A program made the translations under genes and the position numbers. Below are positions 7,962 through 15,331 of a stretch of DNA of 64,000 nt, in pieces; within the stretch, counting starts at the first letter, position 1; each line of letters begins with the position of its first letter. The DNA comes from an uncultured virus (IMG/VR IMGVR_UViG_3300024505_000605) (taxonomy: Duplodnaviria > Heunggongvirae > Uroviricota > Caudoviricetes). The stretch lies in the IMG/VR virus record IMGVR_UViG_3300024505_000605, one strand, 5' to 3'. Under the pieces are notes generated by a model. The model saw only the letters and a program-made list of their open reading frames with translations, ran no database searches and had not been told where the DNA came from.

Positions 7962-9788
7962 TCACTTTGCCTGATCCCAGCTATCCCCGACCTTAGCTTC
8001 GGCAAGCGGCGGAATCTCACCCAACCACATAGCTTCCGCCTCCTCCATCACTGACTGGAGCTGGAGTGCCCAGGCATCGGCGTGTTTTTCAGCGACAAGC
8101 AGGATGATTTCATCGTGCACCACGCCGGCCAAACGCACCACGTCCTCCCCGTCGGCGTGGAGTAACGGCCACAGTTTGCCGAGCGTAAGTTTGAGGACTG
8201 CTGCACCAGCTCCCTGGATTGGAGTGTTGCAGCGCGTGGTGAGTTTGTTGTTCTCGCCCGGTAAAAACCGCCGCAAGCCCGAGATGCGTATGCGGATAGA
8301 TGGATTGTCCTTAGCCGCATCAGCATCGCGAGCATTTTTGCGCTGCCATGCGGAGATGCCTTTATATGCAGCGTGAAACTTTTCCCGCACTTCCGCAGCC
8401 TCAGCAAGATCCATCTGTACTCCGGTCGAGGCCGCATAGTTTCGGAGTCCTTTTGCACCCGAGCCATAGAGCAACCCGAAATTCGCCGACTTACTGATCT
8501 GACGCTGCTCCTTTGTAACTTCACCCTCTGCGACCCCATAAATCTGCGTCGCCGTAATCGTATGAAGGTCTTTCCCCTGCTGGAACACCTGAGTCATAAG
8601 AGAATCCTTAGCTTCCGCCGCCGCCAACCTCAACTCCATCTGCCCATAGTCCGCCACCACAAATTTCCATCCTTCTGGCGCTTGAACACAAGCCCTAAAC
8701 CGTTGATCCCTTGGAATCTGTTGCAAGTTGGGACTCATGCAACTCATCCTTCCGGTATCAGCCCCCATTTGCATATAGCTGGCACGAATAAACCCATCCT
8801 TCGCCAAACTTTTCAATAACGACTCCGCCATCTGGCGCTTCTTTTCAACTTTTTTCCACCGCAAATAATCAGCCACAATCTTGTGATCCCCAACATATTC
8901 CTGGAGCGCCATCCGACTAGCACTGGGCTTTCCGTTCTTTGCGTCAATCGGCGCCTCGCCCAACAACGCAGTGAATTTTTTCAACAGCTGCGCCGGACTA
9001 TTGAGGTTGAACACGTTTGGATCGACCTTTTTACCCTTCGGCCCAGGCTTTGTCTGGTACAGCAACTTCCCATCAATCCCACGGCACAGCTTGTCACCTT
9101 CGGACAGTGCAGCATCAAAATCCTCAATAAACTTTTCGCCTACTTCGTAATGCTCAATATCGAGATCTTCAATCAACTGCTTTAGGTCTTTCTCATTAAA
9201 AGGAAGGCCAGTTCGCCACAACTGCGCCATAGCTGGCAACGCATTGCACTCCAGATACCAAGCCGGGTGGAGCGCAGCCGTCGCCATCCTCTGCTGGATC
9301 TGATCAAACAAATCCAACAACACCAACACATCCTTTGCCGCATATTCCAGCTGGCTCTCGGTCAGATCACCCGACCAATCGCTCTTCTGCTCTTCCTTAG
9401 AAATATCCTCGTGCAGGTAGCGTTTTACCAAGTGCTGGAGCCCGTGCTTCACGTTGGGCATCCCGTTGGTAAGAATCCGACTCGCCAGCATGGTGCACAA
9501 CACTTTGCCCGCCGGATAAATCTCGTGCTCTTGCAGCCAGCCGAGATCAAACACCGCGTTGTGCGCCACCCATGTGCGCTCCACGCTGAAAAATTCTTCG
9601 ACTGTGATCCAGTCGTTGTCGTCCAAATCAAAGCAGTCGAGCACCACAGGCGGTTTGCCTGGAGCACCCAACTGCAGTAACCGCATCCCGCCCATTTTCG
9701 GCTGGAGCTGCGTCGTCTCCGAGTCAAACGCGATCAGCCGTTCATCGTCGAGCGTGTGGAGATGCTCGATGCCAAGAAGAAAGTCCAA
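7962..9788 (-). CDS. polA: Family A DNA polymerase with 3'-5' exonuclease
   Basis: ExoI FDSET, HNAVFD, YAAKD; TGRMSC..PNLQQIP, DYGQMELR, KSANFGLLYG, VHDEI. Confidence 0.96.
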   Translation of the reverse strand: MDFLLGIEHLHTLDDERLIAFDSETTQLQPKMGGMRLLQLGAPGKPPVVLDCFDLDDNDWITVEEFFSVERTWVAHNAVFDLGWLQEHEIYPAGKVLCTMLASRILTNGMPNVKHGLQHLVKRYLHEDISKEEQKSDWSGDLTESQLEYAAKDVLVLLDLFDQIQQRMATAALHPAWYLECNALPAMAQLWRTGLPFNEKDLKQLIEDLDIEHYEVGEKFIEDFDAALSEGDKLCRGIDGKLLYQTKPGPKGKKVDPNVFNLNSPAQLLKKFTALLGEAPIDAKNGKPSASRMALQEYVGDHKIVADYLRWKKVEKKRQMAESLLKSLAKDGFIRASYMQMGADTGRMSCMSPNLQQIPRDQRFRACVQAPEGWKFVVADYGQMELRLAAAEAKDSLMTQVFQQGKDLHTITATQIYGVAEGEVTKEQRQISKSANFGLLYGSGAKGLRNYAASTGVQMDLAEAAEVREKFHAAYKGISAWQRKNARDADAAKDNPSIRIRISGLRRFLPGENNKLTTRCNTPIQGAGAAVLKLTLGKLWPLLHADGEDVVRLAGVVHDEIILLVAEKHADAWALQLQSVMEEAEAMWLGEIPPLAEAKVGDSWDQAK

Positions 9789-9813
9789 GCCTGGTAGGGC
9801 AACTTGTACCCTA

Positions 9814-10089
9814 CTACTCTAGCAGGCTGTCAACCTCCCGCGCCGAACACAACACCGCCGCCGCGAGTGTCCCACCCTCGGGAAGTCCCAGCAAACACCG
9901 CTTTTCCCAATGAACGCAGTGCTTACACGGCCCACCACCTTCCTGAGGCTTGTAACTCTGGCGCAACCGATCCATCCGAATCTCCTCCAAGCCAGCAGGA
10001 CTGGAGCGATAACACCTCATACACATGACCGGATTTGTCGTGTGTTTACCGCACTGCTGGCACGGCCTGCTGTTAATTGTGACTGCCAT
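9814..10089 (-). CDS. Cys-rich hypothetical protein
   Basis: Three CxxC motifs. Confidence 0.6.
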   Translation of the reverse strand: MAVTINSRPCQQCGKHTTNPVMCMRCYRSSPAGLEEIRMDRLRQSYKPQEGGGPCKHCVHWEKRCLLGLPEGGTLAAAVLCSAREVDSLLE

Positions 10090-10295
10090 TACGAAAAATG
10101 AACACGTAAAAATCCAGGTAAGCGCTTAAGGGTGAATTGCTGTGAATGACATGCCGCCCCATCCGGTAGTTCTACTTCCACCGTAAAAACGGTGTGACCA
10201 CACTCCGGGCATTTGCGTTTACGCAGTATTGACTCGGCTGTATCCCGACAAGTGCGGTCTACATCCATCCGCTTGAAATCGCACTTAGCGCACCT
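10089..10295 (-). CDS. Zinc-ribbon protein (NrdR N-terminal-like)
   Basis: MRCAKC...RKRKCPECGH.VFTVE. Confidence 0.6.
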   Translation of the reverse strand, partial: RCAKCDFKRMDVDRTCRDTAESILRKRKCPECGHTVFTVEVELPDGAACHSQQFTLKRLPGFLRVHFS

Positions 10296-10923
10296 CATCG
10301 AAAGCAGCCTCCGCAATAACTGGAAAGCACTGAGTAAAAATGTCTTTGCACTGGAGCGCAATCTGTCTGTGTTCCAGCTGCGTCCCAGGATCAGTCCGCA
10401 CCTCGATGTAGTGCAGCCATGACCGCAACGTTCCATGCATGTACATCGTCGTTGGCGTGCACAACGGCAAAATACGGCGTGCTGTTTCTTTAGCTATACC
10501 TGCATCTAGAAGTGTTTGATACAGCATGTAACTTTGCATGATTACTTCGCCAGTCTCATTCGCCCAAAACGCCTGCGTAGCGTTATCAAGCCCGTCCAAA
10601 CTGTTCTGCCTATTTTTCTCATCTTGCAACCGCATGTGAGGACATTCCGCTGGAGAAGTCTTCGCATAGCGCTGACTAAATTCCTGGAATGAAAAACTCC
10701 TATGACGCAAAATCTGCGCCGCTATATCACGCTCAGTTTGAATTTCGACGCACATCGAAGCCATCTCAAACGGGCTCCAGTGCTTGTGTTTGATGAGATA
10801 CCTGAGCAATTTTGGCCCGGTATCCCAGTTCTCTTGGTTCTGCGGGTTGCTGACGCGAGCCATCTTGACGATGAGCTTTTCAGCGTCCGGCGTGCAGTGG
10901 ATCAGCTTGACAGTTTTGGTCAT
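10285..10923 (-). CDS. thyX: Flavin-dependent thymidylate synthase
   Basis: HWSPFE, RHRSFSFQEFSQRY, ETARRILP, TQLEHR. Confidence 0.96.
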   Translation of the reverse strand: MTKTVKLIHCTPDAEKLIVKMARVSNPQNQENWDTGPKLLRYLIKHKHWSPFEMASMCVEIQTERDIAAQILRHRSFSFQEFSQRYAKTSPAECPHMRLQDEKNRQNSLDGLDNATQAFWANETGEVIMQSYMLYQTLLDAGIAKETARRILPLCTPTTMYMHGTLRSWLHYIEVRTDPGTQLEHRQIALQCKDIFTQCFPVIAEAAFDEVR

Positions 10924-11080
10924 TCCAGTGACGGATAACGCCTGCGCAAATGAAAATGTTTGTGATCATGTAGGCCGCCAAGATACAAAAACGCACCAGT
11001 GCAACCTGATCAGCAATCTGGTCACGCTGGTGCGCCTTCTCTCCAAGGGCCTTGGCGACAATTCGCCACCAATGCCTCAT
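10880..11080 (-). CDS. Small membrane protein
   Basis: MRHWWRIVAKALGEKA...TNIFICAGVIRHW. Confidence 0.6.
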   Translation of the reverse strand: MRHWWRIVAKALGEKAHQRDQIADQVALVRFCILAAYMITNIFICAGVIRHWNDQNCQADPLHAGR

Positions 11081-11319
11081 CGGTCTTGGTACGCCTCCGT
11101 AGCCAAGGTATTGATGAGGCGGTTTAGGTACCAACGAGCCTTACAAAAATCCTCATAAGGATCTTTTTTCAGCCACGCCCGACTGATGTATTTAATGACC
11201 TGCCAATGCAAGCCACCAACAACAGCATCTGGAGCTGGCCTAACCCAGTCTTCAATAACGTCGATTACTTCGACTTTGCCCGCCGTGTAGTGCGACGGAT
11301 GGTTGACTGGATCGCTCAT
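11077..11319 (-). CDS. DUF3310-family protein
   Basis: MSDPVNHPSHY...KYISR...KARWYL. Confidence 0.85.
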   Translation of the reverse strand: MSDPVNHPSHYTAGKVEVIDVIEDWVRPAPDAVVGGLHWQVIKYISRAWLKKDPYEDFCKARWYLNRLINTLATEAYQDR

Positions 11320-11825
11320 CCTTTTGAAGCCTGAACGGTTTTGTCCCCCTGGTACCTCCCAGTGTGGGAGTAGTCCTTGCTGGGCAGCATCGTCATCCGA
11401 TGGAACACGATCTGCGCAATCCGCATCCCAGGCCACAGTGCAACCGGGTGCATCATCCGCGCATTTTGCAGTTCCAGCGTTAGCCTCCCACAGTATCCGG
11501 GGTCGATATACCCAGCAAGGAGATGCTCAATCCCCTCCCTGGCACGACTGGACTTCAGCGCCAGCTGCCCAGCAATACAGTCCGGCAACCGGAACTCCTC
11601 GACCGTCTCCGCAAGGATGAACTCATGCGGCTGGAGCATGAACGGCTTTTCCTGCGTGTGCCCAGCAATGGAAAAGGGCACCAGCTGGGGCGTTGATGGC
11701 AACTCCACCAGCAGATTCTCACCGAGTCTCACATCAAGACTCGCGGGATTCACCAGCTCCTTATCGAAGGGAGTGACTAGCTCCCTCCGCGCCAGCGTGA
11801 AAATGTCGATGTCCGCCAGGATCAC
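11316..11825 (-). CDS. dcd: dCTP deaminase
   Basis: NPASLDVRLG, LKSSRAREG, AGYIDPGY.G.LTLE, RYQGD; GTG start assumed. Confidence 0.92.
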   Translation of the reverse strand: MILADIDIFTLARRELVTPFDKELVNPASLDVRLGENLLVELPSTPQLVPFSIAGHTQEKPFMLQPHEFILAETVEEFRLPDCIAGQLALKSSRAREGIEHLLAGYIDPGYCGRLTLELQNARMMHPVALWPGMRIAQIVFHRMTMLPSKDYSHTGRYQGDKTVQASKG

Positions 11826-12227
11826 GCCGCAGCCGCCGCAACGGTTTCCTGCTGGATCGCCACATGCCGCCAAGTCTTCCCGGACTTAATGCAGTTGATC
11901 GTGGTGGGATGCACCGCAAACTCCTTAGCGATCTTCGCCACCGACTTCCCACCAGCAGCCAGCTGGCGCTTAATCTCCAGCACCTTGGGCTCCGTCAGCA
12001 CCGCCACCCCACGCTGTCCCTTGCGGCTGGACTTACGAGTCTTACTTTGAGACTGGCGTACGGCAGTTGTACGTACAATTTTCTCGCCAGCGGGCAGCGG
12101 GATCGTCTGCTTGGGATTGGTCAGATCCAGCTCAACGTGCTGGCACGTATCAAGAGCAAAGCGAGCAGCATCAAGAGCTTTGATGACCTGATCAAACTGA
12201 GCTTCCGAAAGGATGTACATGTTCATC
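11822..12227 (-). CDS. C-terminal HTH DNA-binding protein
   Basis: LTEPKVLEIK...IAKEFAVHPTTINCIKSGKTW; homolog at 51854..52198; start approximate. Confidence 0.7.
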
Positions 12228-12272
12228 GGTTTGGAACGTGTGCAGTGTAGTAGGGAAGAGCGGGTCTGTGTC

Positions 12273-12301
12273 AACTCCTAATTAGGCGGAAATTAGGAGC
12301 T
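12273..12301. repeat. Inverted repeat with 11-7-11 architecture
   Basis: AACTCCTAATT-AGGCGGA-AATTAGGAGCT (10/11 complementary). Confidence 0.85.
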
Positions 12302-12316
12302 GGCTAGTGGGTTTGA

Positions 12317-12514
12317 CTAAGGAAGCGGCGGGGAACTATCTGGAGATCCCGGAGGGTTGACTAAACCGCAACGGCCCCAGTAACCCTTCCGCATTGCTGA
12401 GCCAATCCAACGCCTGTGAATCCAGTCTGGCCAGCGGGTGTCTGAATTGACCCAGCGGAAATTACCGATCTTCCCTGCGTGGCTGCAGACGTAGATAAAT
12501 GGAAACTCAGACAT
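12317..12514 (-). CDS. Hypothetical cassette gene
   Basis: ORF bounded by TAGT-N7-ACTA sites. Confidence 0.55.
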   Translation of the reverse strand: MSEFPFIYVCSHAGKIGNFRWVNSDTRWPDWIHRRWIGSAMRKGYWGRCGLVNPPGSPDSSPPLP

Positions 12515-12528
12515 CGGAGTTGATCGGA

Positions 12529-12738
12529 CTACTCGGCGTGTTGCCAGTCAGTATCTGGTTGGTGTTTGCGTAGAAACTCCACCAATAAACGGTGCGCTTC
12601 GCCTGCATCAGCGATGAACTGGCCTCGGTAATGGAAGCCTTTGGCGTCGATTCGGATGACTTCCTCAGAAGCCGGGCTCATATGGAAACTGATAGAAGAG
12701 CTATCTGGAGAATCGACGGATAAACAAAAGTCAGTCAT
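12529..12738 (-). CDS. Hypothetical cassette gene
   Basis: ORF bounded by sites; EVIRIDAKGFHYRGQFIADAGEAHRL. Confidence 0.65.
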   Translation of the reverse strand: MTDFCLSVDSPDSSSISFHMSPASEEVIRIDAKGFHYRGQFIADAGEAHRLLVEFLRKHQPDTDWQHAE

Positions 12739-12756
12739 GGTGGTTAGTGATGTTGA

Positions 12757-13125
12757 CTAATCAGGTAGGGATTCAAGTGCGCGGCGGATGGGCCGCAATG
12801 CGTCAGAGACAGTGATGCAGTCACCACGCATTACCGCTTCGTCTAACGCCGCTAATGCCTGCTCCTTCAAGCTCGGCGGCTCGGGGCGGCGATGGCGACG
12901 GAGACCGTCTGCACAGTCGGTTGAATAAACCGTTGCCTCATACTCACAGCACGCCTCCAGCTCCTGATCAGCGCCCCAGCGGGCGGCTTGGGTGGCGATG
13001 TCTTGAAGCTTGTTTGTTGTGATATTGACTGTGAAAAGCTTTTCTGAGATGCTGGCATACTCAGGCATTTCTCGCCACTGCTTCACGAGCTCAGGCGGTG
13101 GGGTGATCGGGTGTTCTTGAGTCAT
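12757..13125 (-). CDS. HPITPPPELV-family hypothetical protein
   Basis: Homolog at 61010..61399. Confidence 0.75.
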   Translation of the reverse strand: MTQEHPITPPPELVKQWREMPEYASISEKLFTVNITTNKLQDIATQAARWGADQELEACCEYEATVYSTDCADGLRRHRRPEPPSLKEQALAALDEAVMRGDCITVSDALRPIRRALESLPD

Positions 13126-13153
13126 TCGTGAACCTCGTAGTGTGTAGAACTGA

Positions 13154-13411
13154 TCAATCTTGTAGTTCAAGTTTGATAGCGGCCTGAAAATAACCAGCCA
13201 CCTTCAGCCTGCGGTATGCCGGACGAGCTTCCTCGGACTGCTTGTTTTCGATGTTGTCGTACTCATGCCGCGCCTCTTGGAGCGCAGCCATGGTGTCAAC
13301 GTTGAGAAGGTGCAGCTCCGAGTCCGAAAGCTCGGAAAGCTTGTCCAAATAAATGGTCCGCCCGTTCAGCAAATAGGAACGGTAAAACGGCACCATCGAA
13401 TTTTCAGTCAT
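13154..13411 (-). CDS. Hypothetical protein
   Basis: Packed operon ORF. Confidence 0.6.
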   Translation of the reverse strand: MTENSMVPFYRSYLLNGRTIYLDKLSELSDSELHLLNVDTMAALQEARHEYDNIENKQSEEARPAYRRLKVAGYFQAAIKLELQD

Positions 13412-13840
13412 CAGCGTGTTCAACAACGTAGGAATTACGGAGCTGGCTCCGGATTTTGATGGTCTCGTCGTGCCCCACGTTGCCGAGGTAATCAGCAGCG
13501 CGAAGCGCGACCATGTGCGCCATCAGCGCTGGATCGTGCTTGTACTGACCGATGGTGTCCATCAGCTCGTACACGTAGGAGTCACATGCTTGGAACTCCT
13601 CGGGAAACGGTAGCGCCAAAGTGTCGTACCAGTCCGACTCCAGCACGTCTTGACCGGGCTCCAGTGGGTTGGGTCCCCACTCCCCACCGTCATCCCCTTC
13701 CCAGCCGTAGTCCTGTCGAATCGACCACTTTTCGTAATCCAGGCCCATCGCCAGCTCGACAGCACCAACGTGCTCGTACCAGTTAGAGCGACTCTCCAGT
13801 TGCTGGAGATTGAAAGCTGCGTCAGTCATTGAAATCTCAT
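13404..13840 (-). CDS. Acidic hypothetical protein
   Basis: Packed operon ORF; start uncertain. Confidence 0.6.
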
Positions 13841-14086
13841 GCAAAAAAGTTTGGATCTTGCTGCCTCAACCGGGTGAGATCCGTGAGTCTCAACTTGAGA
13901 ATCTCGTGGATAGCCAGCTTGGCTAAGCGGGTGGAACTAATGGTGTCGCTGGTGGCGAACACGTAAATGAGGTGGCGGTAAAGCTGGGTCAGAGTTTTGA
14001 TCCTGACCCAGTGCGTATCGCCGGGGATTGGCTCGGTGCCGTAGTCCCAGTCGTCGTAATCGTCTGAGTTACGAAGCTCGCGGGAT

Positions 14087-14341
14087 TCAGTCGTACCAAT
14101 CAGACGTGTCGACTGGAGCCCAGTCATCAATGCGGTCGGTGAGCATGGCTCGGAGTTCGGCATCGGTGGCTGGAATCAAGTCTTCATCTGAAAAGTAGAG
14201 GGTGCCTCGGCACAGGGCAGGCCCCCACTCTGGTGGGTCGAGTTGCGTCTGCGGATAGACCAGAACAGCGTCATCAACAACGGCATCGACAACGAGATGG
14301 TCGCCTTCAAATCGCAGCTCCTCAATGTCCAGTACCTTCAT
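14087..14341 (-). CDS. Hypothetical protein
   Basis: DPPEWGPALC motif; ATGA coupling. Confidence 0.6.
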   Translation of the reverse strand: MKVLDIEELRFEGDHLVVDAVVDDAVLVYPQTQLDPPEWGPALCRGTLYFSDEDLIPATDAELRAMLTDRIDDWAPVDTSDWYD

Positions 14342-14577
14342 TTGACCTCCTGTGCAGTTTCGCTGGTTTCATAACGAGCCAGCCACATGTCCCAGCTCAT
14401 CTTCAAGAACTGCTCCAGATCCTGCAGCTGCTCCAGCTGTTTGATGTCGTAGATCGGGTTGAGGCCGCGAGCCTCCATCTCTGTGATCTTCTGCTGGAGC
14501 GTGATGATGCCCCAGTTGACCGCGAAGAACCACGGACTGAGCTTGGTGTTTTCGACTTGAGTGTGCAACGTGTCCAT
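14338..14577 (-). CDS. Hypothetical protein
   Basis: First ORF after an intergenic region. Confidence 0.6.
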   Translation of the reverse strand: MDTLHTQVENTKLSPWFFAVNWGIITLQQKITEMEARGLNPIYDIKQLEQLQDLEQFLKMSWDMWLARYETSETAQEVK

Positions 14578-14747
14578 TTGTAATTCAGTAGTAACGGCGC
14601 CCGCTCTCCGGGCGTGCTCTTAGTGTTGCACACGAACAGCCCAACCGCAAGGCCGGGCTGTCGCATTTCGTTACATCCGCGTGAGGTAGACGGTGACTGC
14701 CAGCATCCCCAGTAGCCACGTCAACCCGAACACGATCACGGGCGGGA

Positions 14748-15086
14748 TCACGTTGGAACCCCTAGCTCCTCCGGCTGGTACTGCGTCAGCACGCACACGT
14801 CGGCGCCTTGTTTGAGGGCCGTGCCAACGACGTAGTGGAACTGATCTTGGGCGTCCTCGGACTCCTCGATCTTGTATTCCTCAACTTCGTAGGCCATGCC
14901 CTTGCGGTACCAGGAGACCCGGACCACGGCCATCAGCTCAAACGGAATGTCGCCAACGGTGTACCCCAGGATCGGCTTCCTGGGACGCTTCGGCTGGGGC
15001 GGTTCAGGCTTAGCCACGGGATCTCTCCAAAAAGCCCATGCCACGACGCGCATGAGCCCTAGGAAAAAGTTAGGCGGGTTGAACAT
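14748..15086 (-). CDS. Hypothetical protein
   Basis: ORF. Confidence 0.6.
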   Translation of the reverse strand: MFNPPNFFLGLMRVVAWAFWRDPVAKPEPPQPKRPRKPILGYTVGDIPFELMAVVRVSWYRKGMAYEVEEYKIEESEDAQDQFHYVVGTALKQGADVCVLTQYQPEELGVPT

Positions 15087-15094
15087 CGGGAGTT

Positions 15095-15298
15095 TTAGTG
15101 AGGAGACAGAACCCGAACGTCGGATAGCTGTGCATAGACCTCAGCGCGTTCCTCATGAGTCATGGCCTGCAACTGGCGCTCAATTTCTTGACTCAACAGG
15201 AAAGCAAGCAGGTTGGAGGGCTTGCGCATGGTGCGTTTGGATAGCCACTCCAAGCCGTTTGCGGTCACATCCGAAAAAGAAACAGTGATGCGGTTCAT
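15095..15298 (-). CDS. Putative ribbon-helix-helix regulator
   Basis: RITVSFSD...LEWLS...KPSNLLAFLL. Confidence 0.55.
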   Translation of the reverse strand: MNRITVSFSDVTANGLEWLSKRTMRKPSNLLAFLLSQEIERQLQAMTHEERAEVYAQLSDVRVLSPH

Positions 15299-15331
15299 AC
15301 AACTGTGCATAACCGCATCACTTTAGCGCGT

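Larger units (their letters stand above)
12305..13152 (-). repeat. Four TAGT-N7-ACTA sites at consecutive gene junctions
   Basis: Sites at 12305-12319, 12517-12531, 12745-12759 and 13138-13152. Confidence 0.85.

Noticed and set aside
8440..8500. Unusual polymerase suggesting modified-base DNA
   Set aside because: Motif B has the ordinary Phe (KSANFG); no purZ or base-modification genes seen
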